A stretch of DNA of 64,000 nucleotides. It comes from Antedon mediterranea (taxonomy: Eukaryota > Animalia > Echinodermata). Of the stretch, positions 35,701 to 49,700 are shown piece by piece. Within the stretch, counting starts at the first letter, position 1. Each line of letters starts with the position of its first letter. The notes under the pieces were generated by a model. That model was not told the DNA's origin, did not search any database, and saw only the letters and a program-made list of their open reading frames with translations. Made by a program: the position numbers and the translations under genes. The stretch spans positions 270,101-334,100 of the forward strand of contig NC_092677.1 of the NCBI RefSeq assembly GCF_964355755.1. Direction: 5' to 3'.

Positions 35701-38700
35701 ATTTACAATATATTTATATTTTTTACTTAATAGTAAATACAGTAGATATATTTTACAAAACCCTTTTAGAATCTTCCAGTTTACCTCTTAAGACACAATA
35801 TTCAAATCATCATTCCGAATAATTATATTCATAATTATCATTATATAAATTAACATATATCTATGACATATTAGTAATCTCTTTTAATAAAGTCAGAAGT
35901 ATTCCAAAAAAGTAGTATGCATAAACTTACCACTGGTATAAACCCAGACGTTAAGTGAACACTTGCAGATGAGGTACATAACATTGAATCATTAGCCAGT
36001 GCAATGGTTGGAATAGTCAATGTTGTACAGGCTCCGATTAATGAACCTTTAATCACATCTTCCACCACTGTCATATCAACTGTCTCTCCCTAATACAAAG
36101 AAACATTGCTAGGATATTAAATCAATCCATTAAAAAAAAAAAACCTTGTAAACATTTATTTTAGTTTGGTCATTATCATATCTAATTTTAATATAATAAT
36201 GATCATATGGCTTTGTTGAAATCTGACATCGATAATGGAACACATACTGTACCTTGCTAACGTTCTGTGGTCTAACATTAAGTATAATGTTTGGTTTTCC
36301 ATCAAAGCTCCCAGTAACTACAACTTGTTCACTGGCACACTGCACACGAAATTGTATCTGACAGATAATTTAATTTTGTTCACAATTAAAAAAAACACAC
36401 TTTCTTTTGAGATGTTTTACTGTTTTTTTACTCCCTCTGGGAAGCATGGGATGTTTATCCAGGTAAGCTAGGTACAAAATACTAGACGATCAATTTTCAA
36501 ATTACATTCATTGAATAAGAAACATTTGACATACAATTTTAAACATAAAAACACATCACAAAAGTCATTACGAGCATACAAACTAACTTGCAAAGAAATA
36601 AAATATTGCTTACAGCCTCAAGCAATGTTCTTTAGTAAAATGTAAGTTGTTTAACATTATATATTCAATTTTATTTGGAAAACTGTGTTACAGTATAGTA
36701 TTTATTGAAATTTAAAGAATGTCTTTTTCATCTCTCTTATCATTTTCCACTTTAATGATCCACTTGACATTTATTTATTTCGTGAACCCAATCACGTGGA
36801 TTTTTAAATTATTTATGTTCTTTACTTCTCTTGACGAGGTTAAAGTATTTAATTAATTAGCTGATAAGCTTACTTACTATCAACACAATGGATTGTTCTG
36901 TTTAATTAATTAGCTGACAAGCTTACTTACTATCAACACAATGGAATCTTGTTCTGTTTTAGAAATTGTCTGTATATTATTATTGTTAATGGGTTGTATA
37001 TCATGTTTAATATCGTGATACTTTGACACACCTTTCATAGATTGAGTGAAAAAGTGATGATTGAAAAATTATGTACAGCATGTAAATAAATATTATTGTT
37101 CTTAATGAAGTATAAAAGTGTTGCTGAATGACGAACTAAAAACAATGCAAATATTAAACATGCTCCATGTTAATAAAACCTTTGTAAATTCCTTTAGTAA
37201 AACAAAAGAATGAAGAAAATAAACAAACCTCTATTTTGAGCTGAGATCATAAAAAGTGCAGCATAGAATTACAAACCGTAAAAGGACAATAATTAGTGAT
37301 GTCTTAATTTATAGAAAAACATATAAGTACGCAAGCTTTGAATAAAGAGGACAGACAAGCAAACAGCCAAGATGTGAGACAAGATGAGTGAAGACATTTT
37401 CACCATGATAATATTGGTTCGTACATGAAAAAAAGTACTATTCAACGATCGTTTAATAGTGTGTACTATTGCACGCCATGTGATCCACATTTGTCCAATT
37501 AAATGACAGGAATTTATTTAGGTGTTATATAATATTGGTTGATTGATGTTGACAGAACAGACTGACATTTTAATGCAGCTTAAATGAAGTTATGAACTAC
37601 TATTTTATTTTGACGGACAATTAATACTATTTGTTAGCGATCTCCTGGATATACACCTGTGATATTATATTAATATTAATGGTCCACACGGCTACTAATT
37701 CTATATAAATGATGATTCTATGTTGTACAAAATAAGAGGGTAGACAGGTACTAGAGAGTATATAATGCGAGTGTGTTAACACAAGTGGGTATTATGTGAA
37801 ATGAACAGAAAACAGAGAAAAATATGATATATTATTAACATAAATTATTTTATACTAGCAAGGTTACACTGCACTATGGTTACAGATTAGGTTTTACAAG
37901 AAAAAAAATGCTTATTATTAATATATGATGATTTTTACCAAAAGGTAAGTATGGTATAATGGTTGGATGACATTGACAGAATAAAGGTAAGTATGGTATA
38001 ATGGTTGGATGACATTGACAGAATAAAAGAATAACAATGATACAGAATATGAAACAAAAACAGTAGACAATGTTTATATTGGATCAATGCTGAACAGTAT
38101 TCATTCAGAATTCTCATTTTTCATAGCAATTTGTACAGTATACAGGTATACCATGTATAAGTTTCAACAATTTTGTGACAATATTTCCACAAACCTCTTT
38201 AATTCGTATACAGTACTACATTTGTACTGTATATGCGCACATATTATATTTTTTTTAACAATATGAATCAGTGATAAAAAGAATGAGAATTATAAAAATA
38301 AACATTATTTCTCTACATAATAATTCAATGTCTGCTATTCTTTTATAAGGAAGTTTGCTTGTGAAATAAATACCTTGCCAGTGAGTTCTTTAATGTTGAC
38401 CTCACAAGTTGTAAGCTTCATTGTAGCCGGTGTGTTTTGAGTTGCAAATGCAACTAAAGCAATATCTTTAGCTTCTACAATGCATGATATAGTCTGAAAA
38501 ATAATAATTTACCTTTTGAAAAATTATTAAAAGTGAAGACTCCTAATAAGATTTTATTTCATTTAAAAAAATTTAATTGTAGTTTGTACAGTATATTAAA
38601 GAGAGATATTTTTTATCTGTTTTATTTACATATGTCTCAAAGTATTTCATATGACTTGATATGAATATTCATGAGCCTATTCTATGCAGTAACATTAAAT

Positions 38701-41700
38701 TAAATTCAAGCATAAGTGACATTGGTTTTTACATTCATGACATGCTTTCATACATCACATCCACTACAGGAAGGTAGACTAGTTTGTCAGACATTGGTTT
38801 AACATTCCACCATACATCACATCCACTACAGGGAGGTAGACTAGTTTGTCAGACATTTGTGGCATGTACACAGTACAGATATACCCTACCCAACAAGCAC
38901 ATATAATTATGAATTCAAAGTATTGTCCCCCAAAACATGAAAAATAAAGAACTTTGAATAGGTCATTTTGTAGTTAATCACTTAAGTAGAAAAAAAATAT
39001 TTTTTTACTTATAAAATGACAGCCAACTTGCTCTATTAGTTGCTTTATTGGTTGATTTAATAAAGTATTTTCAGGTAAATATTTTTTTCCAATCTAATCT
39101 AATCTAATCTAATCTTTGGCCAAAGTGAATAACTATGTGAGTGACAATAAAATGGCATACTCAACAAACAAATTAATTTTTTCAAAAGGACAATATATCC
39201 TAATGATGTTCAAAATCATATGTTTGATTTATAATGTATTACTTTTTAGCTTTCTACTTGATTGAATCAATATTTGTCATCATGCTTAAATTCACTTGTT
39301 ATTCTTATTGATTATTATTTGGTTTCAAAGTTAACATTATTTGTAATTTGATACAAAGGTAATTAATAAATGATCACTGCTTGTTGTAATAATATACAAT
39401 ATTAACTGTTATCTAATTCAAACACAATGGTAAAATGCTGAGCAAAAAACCACATGGAATTTCTTAATTTAAAAAAGACCCATGATAGTAAACTTAAGCA
39501 ATTTGTGTTAAAGTGTTAACAATATATTAATAATATTTCAAATAATATTTAATAATTCAAACACATCAATGTTGAAACATGTTGACCCTGGTACTCTATC
39601 TCTTCTTACACTATACCTGTGCTGAGCAAGGAACCACATAGACATGTTGACCCTGGTACTCTATCTCTTACACTATACCTGTGGTGAGCAAGGAACCACA
39701 TAGACATGTTGACCCTGGTACTCTATCTCTTACACTATACCTGTGCTGAGCAAGGAACCACATAGACAATTTCTTAATTTAAAAAAAGGACCAATGGAGA
39801 TGTTCCAATAAAGAAAAGTAAACTTAAACAATTTCCGAAAAGTGGTTTTAAAAAGTGTTAAAATAAATTTACCATCTGATCTCTCGGACCAGATTCCGTT
39901 TGAACGCAGCTAAACTTCGGCGGCAAGCTCCCAGCTTTTAATCGATCAAACGTAACTTGAACAGTACCCTGCAAAAACAAATGACTAATTTAAATATTCA
40001 AATAATAATTTCAAATATATTAAACTTAACTAAATGTTATTTTACTACACATTAACAATAACAGAAACTACTGTGGTAGATTATGTCAAAATTGGTTCCT
40101 CTACTATAATAAAGACTATTATTTTAATTCACAGAATATCATTGAAAGTCTGTACAATAAACAAAGAAAATAAAAAAAAAACATAAAAACCACAGATACA
40201 ATAAATTACTAACATCATCCTAAAATGTGGTTTTGAAGCTTAGAACAATCCACATACTGTACAATATTTTCCTATGCCTTTAATTAGAAATCATGAAAAA
40301 AGTGTTTAAAGTAAACACGTAAATAAAATAAATTTGGATGAAATTGTACACACATCAAGAAGCCCGTCAAGAAGGCTCAATCATGCAGGGAAAAATACTC
40401 TACGGTTTAAAATAATATTCATAAAACACATTTTAAAAGGAAATTTCAGGATTAAATGCATGAAATATTTATATTAATAAATTTGAGAAGACAAATTGAA
40501 TTTAAGAAGACGATTTGAAATATGTACTTAAAGTGTTTTACATCAGAAAAAAATTGTTTTTCTTTAACGACGACGACGTGTTAGTGCTACCTTAATGATC
40601 TTCCTGAGGTGGCAATAGAACATGTGACCAACAACAGGAAATTAAGACACGTCCTTAGATCTTTCCCTGCCGCGTTACTTAGAACACAAATGAACTTGGT
40701 TCATTCAATGAGCAGTATGATATAACGATGACTCATTAATATTAGTAATTCATTCAATGTCATTTTATATTATATTCAAATGTTCAATGCTAATGCTATC
40801 TTCAATTTTGTATTCTATAAATAGATAATTTAAATTAATACAATTCAAAATTATAAATTATATTATTCAAATTAACAAATTATATGATACAAATAGAACA
40901 AAACTTGTCAATTTATTGTAAAAAGTACAAATTTATAATTCTTTAATTGAAAAATTAGATGACAAATATCCTAATTAAATAAACAAATTAATGCATTCAT
41001 TATCTTACAGTAGTTAGTGTTCAATATATTGAAATTTGTTTCAAAATAGTGCTTTAAAAAATGTATTAATTCAACATTGAATTACATGTCTAAATAATTG
41101 AAAAATTCAACAGATGAAATAAAATTATTATTAATAATATTACGTAGTATATTTATTAACAATGTGCTACATCTTGGATGAAATTATAAGAGTATTGTCA
41201 TCTTACATCAGTATAATGTGTTGTTGTTTTTTATTTTGTTCTTTCCGCATTTTTACTACAGTTTACAGTATATATCCCCCGACACCTGCGATCTCATCAT
41301 ATGTCTATTCACCTAGTTGGAACCAGGAAACCAGATACTGGAAAGCATGGGCAATTTATGGGCACTCATAATAAAATAACCACACTATAACATACTTACT
41401 GTCGTACATAAATATTTAAAATAATTGGATGTCATGACAAGAAATAATTTTACGCATTTTATTTTGTTTTAATATGAAATGTTTTATCTTACCCCATGCT
41501 TTTTTGCTTGTTCATTCAATGCTTTCATCCAATTCGTTACAACCTCTGGTGTTTGTGTTTGGTGCATGTAGAACCAAGAAACAAGAGAGTTTATCCATTG
41601 GCATGGTTCGTCTAGGCCTAGGCCTCCAGCAGCCAAACCACCAGGTCGAGGCGAAGCCTGATTTCCCGTCAACGTTCTCGTAACAGCTTGGTCTTTTTCA

Positions 41701-41957
41701 TCCTCGAAATCAACATTATCCTTCCTCTTTCGACGTTTAAAATCAGCTAACGACACAAAAGTTATAATTAGAAAACAAAAACATACAAAACCTAGAACAA
41801 AAATATCTATAACATCGACAGAGCCTGTTTGTATGTCTTCAGCTAAATCGCCGGCATACTCCGCCATATTATTGGCGATGTACACGGCTCGCACCGCTAC
41901 ACGGTCAGCGAATATTCGAAGTTGCTCAGTCATATTTGGAGAAAATAAATAGCTCAT
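23722..41957 (-). CDS. C2CD2L: C2CD2/C2CD2L (TMEM24)-like protein: N-terminal TM, SMP-like region, C2 domain, basic low-complexity tail
   Basis: Exons 41957-41493, 39968-39873, 38493-38374, 36357-36253, 36089-35931, 34777-34699, 34341-34194, 33888-33830, 31901-31774, 31299-31122, 26521-26447, 26256-26218, 25764-25628, 25268-25190, 24926-24744, 24521-24360, 23828-23722, phases consistent. Motifs: TM IFVLGFVCFCFLIITFV, WINSLVSWFY...WMKALNEQA, C2 DPYCVVEVD...NPFWDEHFLF...FEVYD...DDFLG, VITTVTT, EAAIRHL...KKSTLIIEGV. Confidence 0.88.
24052..24397. repeat. 69-bp tandem repeat (5 copies) duplicating an exon 3' end and its splice donor
   Basis: Minus-strand unit GAAGTTAGTGATACACCAAGCCGCTCTGCTAGYAYAG|GTAATAACCATCCCTTAGAATGTTTGTWCATT; the first unit is 66 bp. 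Confidence 0.95.
24596..24700. mobile_element. Helentron/DINE-1-like non-autonomous element (HINE)
   Basis: TTTTTAGTCGCGTG start, short inverted repeats (AGTCGCG/CGCGACT, twice), internal (GTCG)n microsatellite, ends TGGCCTTGTT in a T-rich site. Confidence 0.6.
25394..25595. mobile_element. Tc1/mariner-pogo-type MITE remnant
   Basis: TA-CAGT...CCCCAATACTGGACAC left end and GTGTGGTATTGGACGGGGCGACTG-TA right end; a related left end occurs at ~33984. Confidence 0.5.
27419..27568. repeat. 50-bp tandem repeat, 3 copies
   Basis: AATACTGACCCAGACATAATCCAGCCCCAAACTAATTAATTACAATCAAT x3. Confidence 0.9.
27601..27740. mobile_element. Palindromic MITE family A (PIF/Harbinger-like, TWA flanks)
   Basis: TIR AAGCTCTGTYTACACTATCAAA / TTTGATAGTGTAGACAGAGCTT with internal inverted TGTGATGTG(T/C)CC...GGGCACATCACA. 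Confidence 0.8.
27916..28005. mobile_element. MITE family A, internally deleted copy
   Basis: AAGCTGTGTTTACACTATCAAAC...GATTGATAGTGTGGACAGAGCTT. Confidence 0.75.
28574..28707. mobile_element. MITE family A copy
   Basis: AAAGCTCTGTCTACACTATCAAACTA...TAGTTTGATAGTGTAGATAGAGCTTT. Confidence 0.8.
29231..29412. repeat. 20-bp minisatellite TTACCCTGGATGTATTTTGA, ~9 copies
   Basis: Direct tandem array. Confidence 0.95.
30227..30600 (+). mobile_element. Rex1/Babar-like LINE 3' fragment inserted in a CCCTGGATATG repeat
   Basis: Translates IMKDPTHPYHYCYNLNRSGIRL*PPRANLCRTRKSFVVNSI, like the DPSHPLH...PSGRR...NSF C-terminus of Rex-Babar RTs. Ends GAATTTCC...GGACAAATAAA plus (TCTTGAA)2. AATTAA occurs on both sides (30221, 30597). 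Confidence 0.65.
30742..31121. repeat. 18/22-bp minisatellite starting at the C2CD2L exon 10 donor
   Basis: Unit AAACCATACCCTGGATAT(ATAT), ~18 copies; explains ORFs 30642-31124 and 30728-31039. Confidence 0.95.
32005..33798. repeat. 47-bp minisatellite, ~38 copies, filling most of C2CD2L intron 8
   Basis: Unit AGTCATGTCTACTGGTTAGTAGAAAGACAGTTCAACCTAAAAATAGT with hairpin TCTACT-GGTT-AGTAGA. Confidence 0.98.
35500..35621. mobile_element. MITE family A, partial copy
   Basis: ATGTGCCCATATATGGACAT...AGTTTGATAGTGTAGACAGAGCTT right end. Confidence 0.7.
39577..39768. repeat. ~62-bp tandem repeat, 3 copies
   Basis: ACATGTTGACCCTGGTACTCTATCTCTTACACTATACCTGTGCTGAGCAAGGAACCACATAG. Confidence 0.9.
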
Positions 41958-43707
41958 TATTCTTGACTAGGTGATCCAATTACGTCCTCCATAAATTGCA
42001 GTAACATAAAGGTCATTAGAAATGTTTTGATGAGCCGTCGCAAGTTTGAAATTCCAAGCGATCTACTTTAATCTCACTTAAAGTCTCAATGACACAGGCA
42101 ACCGGCAAAAGCTAGGCCTATCCGCGATGTTCTCTGTCTCCTCGCGTCGCACCTTTTTCAAAGGACAAAAAATATCGATTTTCAACATTTCACACAAATT
42201 CGCGCAAACAAAGCAAAATCTAATATTATATTTGAAAAGCGTTTTCAAAACAAATATGATTATACTTTTTTATGAACATAAAATGTATGTGATGCTTACC
42301 GATGCTTTCATGCTGAGTATAAATTACCACGCAGGCCTACACATAAATATGCTAATTAAATCTAAAAGTACAGGTGTCATTTATTTTACTAAACACAAAT
42401 GGGAGTTAGGCATAACTTTAGAATAGGGAATTCCTGCCTAAAAAATATTTGTATGGGTTATCAAGCGATGGCAGATTAGGCATATCTTATTATGTTTATA
42501 CAGACTTTAGTTCAACACGGCACATCTGGCTAATTTCAATATTTAACATAACAATCATTATAATTATTATTAAAAAATGATTATTTTAACCCCACCAGTG
42601 ACCAATCTAATAGTTCATGGTAAGTTTACTGTTCTCAATAAAAACATAATTTAATAATTAAATCATATATCATATAATTTCAAAGAACTACTTTTGTTTT
42701 TGCTGGTTTAAAACTCAATGAAAAAAACAAATGAAGACTTACATTTAAAATCAAATATGTTTCTTTTATTAGGAGAAAACCTTCAAAATTGTATTCTTTA
42801 TTGTGTTATAGTGGCACATGATTAGAAAGATTTATAATCAAATCACAACATATTGTGTTCTTATCAACAATATCCACTACAACCTACACCATTATTATTA
42901 TTAATTATATCATCATGGTTTAAATTAGTTCTCAGCTGTACTGTATGATGAAAATGTACTGTAAGTTGTTGAACTGTTTTATCAACAGTTTAATAATTCT
43001 CGATTTTTCACTCCAGACGTCAGAAAATGATACTGTTGCAGTATCTGTAAAATCTAATAATCAATACATAAATAAAATGCATACATTTGATGTTGCTAAT
43101 TCTTTTCTAAAACCATTCATTAAAATTGGAATGAAATAATTTGGTCAAATCTTATCTAAACTTATATATTACATGTTCTCAAATAATTAAGTCTATACTC
43201 TTCAGAATAATTAAGTGTATACTCTTCAGAATAAATTTCATATAATATTTTTTTCCAATTCTTTCACCAGCTATAGGTCCATACTTACACCCCCAAAATC
43301 CACCCATGACAATGTATATTTGCATCAATGTATGGTAATTTGAGTTGCATTTACATAAAATGAGGAACTTCTGATCAAAAAATCCTTATATATCCAAAGT
43401 GGTGGATTGTAACTCCTAATATAAGCTATCATTTAAGTTCAACTACCAAACTGATATAACGATTTGTGATTTGAAATTATGCATAGTTTATTTTAGAGTG
43501 AACATTGATTTCAAATTAATAGATAGTAGTACAGAGTATTAAAGAAGTACTCATGTTAGCATTCTGAGGAAAACATTTAAAAAGTTATAATGTACAGTAA
43601 TCATGATTTGTTCTCTTTAAAGTACAGTAGTACAAAGTATAAGTAAAGAAAAATTATATAATATCCTCTGCAGACAATTCAGAAATCCTTGTGAAAATAT
43701 GTTAAAA

Positions 43708-46700
43708 CTAGTCAACAACATCATAAAAAAGTCTTGCCAGTTGATAGCGGATGATGAAGGCACCGACACTGCATAGAACCTGTAATCAAAATAAAATGTA
43801 CTTAATGAAACCACAAACATTAGGACACTAACATTACAATCAAAACTATAAAAGTGCTGCTAGAAACTGAACAAACACAATTAACAAACTATAACTTTTA
43901 ATTGCAAATGCTGCTTTAAAACGATGGCTATTAGTGTCATGTTGTCTTGATGGCTATTAGTGTCATGTTGTCTTGATTGAAATACATAAATATAATATTT
44001 ATCTAATAGGAAACTGAGGACATTTGGGTTATGCCCTCTATAGACTCATGGTAGCCAGCAGTGCAGCGCCTACCTAGATGAAAGAATTGTTCATTTTAAA
44101 AACTCATTAAAAAGGCCACTTTACCCAGACGAGTGGTAACGGTCAAGGAAGAATTGTGTAGCTTGAACCACATAGAATATATATCTATCGTAAGCAGAAA
44201 CTACCCGACCACTTTGTGTTGTGTGTAAATGGTCATAAGGGATAAAACAGATTATATACACTCTGTGTTGTGTGTAAATGGTCATAAGGGATAAAACAGA
44301 TTATATACACTCTGTGTTGTGTGTAAATGGTCATAAGGGATAAAACAGATTCTATAGTTTTATTTCCGTTACCGCTGGTCTGTGTAAATTGGCCTTTAAG
44401 TTGAATTTAAGTATGATCTAAGTATGAGTACTTACTTGAATTTAAGTATGATCTAAGTATGAGTACTTACTTGAATTAAGTATGATCTAAGTATGAGTAC
44501 TTACTTGAATTAAGTATGATCTAAGTATGAGTACTTACTTGAATTAAGTATGATCTAAGTATGAGTACTTACTTGAATTAAGTATGATCTAAGTATGAGT
44601 ACTTACTTGAATTAGAAGTAAATAGACAGTAAGAGTTTGTTCATGAGTGGGTCCAACCAACTTTAGAACAAAATTAATAATAGTGAAATTATTGACTTGG
44701 ATCTCTTTCTTATCTTCACCCACATTGTCTACAACATGTATAAGATGTAATAATCTCAATAGCCTCACTATTAATCGACCTGCAAGGAAAGAATTATGTG
44801 AGATGTCTACCATTCTATCGTGAGTAAATTGACTTGCCTACTTAAGATTTGGTGTAGTCATTCAAATACATGACCCATTTATATAAATTGCCAAACATCA
44901 ATTATCCTTTTTTTTCACTTTGATTTTTTTCATATGCATAAAATGTATAAATAAACTAAAAAAAGAAAATGCATGCATTAATTTACTTATTTAAATCGGA
45001 TATTTGTCATCTAAATTGTCTTGGTATATTCTCATTATATTCATTTTCTCATTTAGAATTGTTTATTCTTGCAAACATTCTTCAAAAATGATGTTATGTT
45101 AAATTATGTAATACAGAAACGTAAATTCAAATATCGTATAAATGTATTTTTTGACAGAAACAAAATAAATTTATCTTATAAATTCAAAACCTTACCAATA
45201 ATGTTCAGATTGTCCAGTCGAAATCGTGTACAGCTCATTTCTAGTTTGTTTGTTTTTTCATTAAAACTGAAAAACAACATGTTTAATTGTAAATTAATTA
45301 TGGCATTCATTAGTAACAAAATGAGTTAAATACAGTACTACTGTAATAACTTATATTCTGAGCAGTAAGCTGTTATTGAATTAAAGAAAAAGTAGATTGA
45401 AGTTGCCATACCTTGGTAACCTGTGACGGGGACAAGGAACAAAATGAAACAGCTGAGGTACTGAGTAGAGAAAATTAACAATTTGTGGTATAAAAAACAA
45501 CAAAACTGTTTTGCTAAAATGTCCCAATATTGCAACAACAGCAAATGTCATTCCAGAGAAATAACAGAAAGTGTCTCCAACAAACACACGTGATGGGTAC
45601 CTGGAAAGACATAAGTATAAGAATTTTAAGTGAATCAGTAAAACAAATGTTAGCAACACTCTTGAATATCAGTTAAACCACTGGGATAAACTGAAAGGAT
45701 TATCCTCTTTTAAAAGATGGTTGAAATAAAAAAACCTGGCCTGACAAACCAAAGAATATAACTCACCAGTTGTGGTATAGCAAGCCTGCACACACTGCAC
45801 AGTAAGGCAACATAAAGTACAAAGAAAAACGATGAGCTGATGGCCAAGAACCTAAAAACAACATTTTAAAAATATCAATGAAAAATACAGCAACTTTAAC
45901 CACTGCTTAATAATAACACTGATTAAGCTTGGCAAAGAGGGTGTCATACATATAATAAATAAGTCCATATTTAAAATAATTAATTTTAATTTTTAATAAG
46001 ATTTTGTGATGGCACTTTAATGTCTCCAATAGGCACATCAAGATTTATTGAATAAGGTAGAAAATAAAGTAATATTTACCATATAGTTCATAGCAGTTGA
46101 AAACTACAATTGATAATCCAATCACCAATGATTGGCCTGCTTCTATACCATTTATTCCAGCTAAAATATTGATTGCATTTGTACAAAACACACCAAGCAT
46201 ACCCATGTACACATAATACATGAAACCTGTATTGAAAATGTATTTTATTATTTACTATTGTTTAGGGACCTTATTAAACAAACAAAATAATACAGATGTT
46301 AGTAAGCGAACAGATACTGCAATACACTCTAGAAAAATGTGTGTGAGCAAAGTTCACTGTAAATTTAGAACTTGTGCAGGACAGTCAGGGAAAAATGGCG
46401 AAAATCTTCCTACTTTCTAGGATTTTTATCAGATAATCTATATTGTTTTGACAACTCTTGTAACATGACCACAGAGCTGATTTTGCAATTTCCCCCCTAA
46501 ATATAGCATTGTACTTCCCTTCCATGTTTCCACCATTAAATATGAATACAACAAAATAATAACTGAATATTCTTCTCACGTAAATCAACACTGGTGCCAA
46601 TATACTGTGTAAAAGGTTTTGGCAGCACTACCGTTGTTGACCCAAAGTTGACCATGTAAACCATGAGAAGAGGTAACGTCGCCATCGTTGGTAGCCAAAG

Positions 46701-49700
46701 TTTGTGGCGCCATTTTAAGTTTAAAACGTCGTCCGCAAATCCAAGAAAAATCATACAGCATATTGACAACAATGCCACAATGAACTCTACAAACTGCAAG
46801 ATAGATTGTGAATTTAACAAATAAAAAGACAAACTATTCGTTTCGTTTCGTTTATTTATTTTTTCCACTCACTTATATATATATATATATCATTTACATT
46901 TACATAACATATATTAAATGTGGGTGGATGGAAGTCACAGTAAGTTCACTGAACTTTAAGTCGTGACTCCCGTATGCCTAAGTATACTAACATTGCTACA
47001 GAGTAGACTAAAATATGAATATATAATAGTGAAAGTACATAAAATAAAGAAAATAAAAAAATTTTAAATTATAGAAGTTAAGATAAACCAGGCAATTATA
47101 TAATATATGATAAAAGGGATAATGATAACAATTAGAGTACAATATGAAATATAATTAAATATGGTATAATAACAAGTATAACGATACCATGTAGCGGAGA
47201 TTATTGAATACCAGGGTGAAGGATTTAATGCCATGTATCACCACCAAATAAATAAGGATAAAAGATCGGCGAAAAATTATGTAGCATATTCTGACACCAT
47301 TTTGTGTTTGAAATTAGATTTAAAACTAGAAAAGGAAGATTTCTGTTTAAGTTCATTTGAGAGTGAAGTCCAAAGTTTGGGACCAAAATAATACATAGAA
47401 AATCGTCGAGCCTTAACATTTAAATTATCAAGGATATAATTGTTAACAGAGGATCGGGTTTTATAGGAATGGCGTTCGTCAATTCTTGTAAATAAAGCAT
47501 TAAAATGTGAAGGCAGTAAATTGTTAGATAAACGGTACATAAATGAGGCAACTTGTAATTTATTTAAATCATAAATGTTTAAAACGTTAAATCTTTTAAA
47601 AAGTAATTTTGTATGGGCTCTAAATGATTCTCCCGCGCAAATCCGAAGTGCACGTTTTTGTAGTTTAAAAAGGCGGTCAATTTGAGTTTTCTCTAGACTA
47701 CTTGTCCAGGGGCATAACGTATTAAATTTATCTAGAGTAATTGCCCAACATAAATTGGCATAAGAAAGGTAAGGCAAAACTAAAGTATTATAAAGGGTTA
47801 ATAAGGTTTTTTGAGGGAAGATATGTTTTAATTTGTTCAATATTCCAACATTTCTAGAAACTAGATTACTGATTTTATTTATATGTAGTTTCCAAGTCAG
47901 AGAGGCATCTATGGTTACTCCTAAAAATTGTGTTTCATTAACTCGTTTGATCATTTTATTATCAATGTATATTTGTTCATTTAAAGAATTTGAAATTTTA
48001 CGCTTAGAAAATATTATATAGTTCGTTTTGAATGTATTAAGAGTTAATTTATTGTGTTTGAGCCAATTTGAAACTTTAAGTAACTCATCATTGACAATTT
48101 TAAACAAGGTATTTAATTTAGGATGAGAGAAAAAAATATTTGTGTCGTCAGCAAATAAGATAAAATTTAGTAATTTAGAGCTGTTTGGTATATCGTTAAC
48201 AAACATCAGGAATAAGAGTGGTCCAAGAATCGATCCTTGGGGAACACCACAGGTTAAACGGGAATAGGAAGAGTTAAAATTATTTAAGGAAGTAAACTGA
48301 ACACGATTGGAAAGGTAGCTTTTAATTAGTTTTAAAGGAAGGCCTCTGATACCGTAATTTGAAAGTTTATGAATTAAAATATCGTGGTTAATAGCATCGA
48401 AGGCCTTAGATAAATCAAGGAAAATGCCAACAGAAAACTCATTTTTACTCAGGGCAATTGTAATTTTGTCAAAAATATCTAATAAAGCAAGATCTGTTGA
48501 ATACTTTTTCCTGAAACCATATTGGCCTTTAAATAAAATGTTATGTTTAGTTAAAAAGGAAGAAATTCGATTATGCATTATTTTTTCAATTAATTTTGAG
48601 AAACAAGGAAGTAGGGAGATTGGTCTGTAGTTATTGAAATGATGAGGATCTTCTTTCTTGTAGATAGGGATGACTTTAGCTATTTTAAAAGAATCAGGAA
48701 AAATACCGGTTTGAAAAGAAGTATTAAAAATGTGAGTTAAGGGTTTGCATATAAAATTAGAAACACGTTTAATAATTTTATTGGAAAACCCATCAAACCC
48801 AGGAGATTTATTATCTTTGAGGGAAAGTATTATACTGACAACTTCATGTTCGGTTACTGGACTAAGAAAGAGAGAGTGCACACATGGACGAGGTAGGGTA
48901 GAAGTATAATTATCATTATCCGACACATGTATTTTGTTAACTAAATTTGGCCCTATACTAGTAAAATAATTATTGAATTCAGTTGCAATTTGTTGAGGAT
49001 TATTTAATTCAATGTCATTGTTAATAAAGTGAGAAGGAAACGGTTTACGAGATTTCTTGCCAAGGACTCCATTTATTGTTTGCCAGGTTTTTTGGATGTT
49101 ATTTTTATGGAATTCAAATTTGTCACTGAAGTAATTCTTTTGGGCAGTACGAAGGATTTTGGTAAGTACATTTCGATATTTAACATATTTATCTTTGTCC
49201 TTTTGCTTTTTAGATATAAGAAATGTTTTATATAATTTGTGTTTTTTGTCGATAGATTTAATTAAGCATTTAGTTATCCAAGGTTTTTTTTCTTTCCGAA
49301 TATTTCGTCTGGAACGAGTGGTTTTAATGTTGTTATTATATAATGTACTAAATATGCCGTTGAATAAAGCGTATGCCTCATTGGGTTCATTGGAGTTATA
49401 AATACTAGTCCAGTCAACATTTGACAAATCATTACTTAAGGCAGAAATTGAAATATCATTGACTTTTTTTATGTATATATATTTTGATTTAGGTTTCAGG
49501 TGTTGGAGAGGTTCTGATTTATGTACTAACAAGAAAACAGGAAAGTGATCCGAGATGTCCGAATATAGAATTCCGGAAGAAATGTTATCGTATAGATTAT
49601 TACAAAAAATATTGTCGATTAAAGTTGCAGAATTACGCGTAATTCTAGTTGGCCTGGTTGAGAAAAAAGATTGGCTTGATGATAGGAGTATATTTTACCA

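Noticed and set aside
49629-49646. Perfect 18-bp palindrome AGAATTACGCGTAATTCT near the LINE 5' end
   Set aside because: It encodes part of the conserved PTRIT...ATLID endonuclease motif; probably coincidental, though a role in the truncation cannot be excluded.
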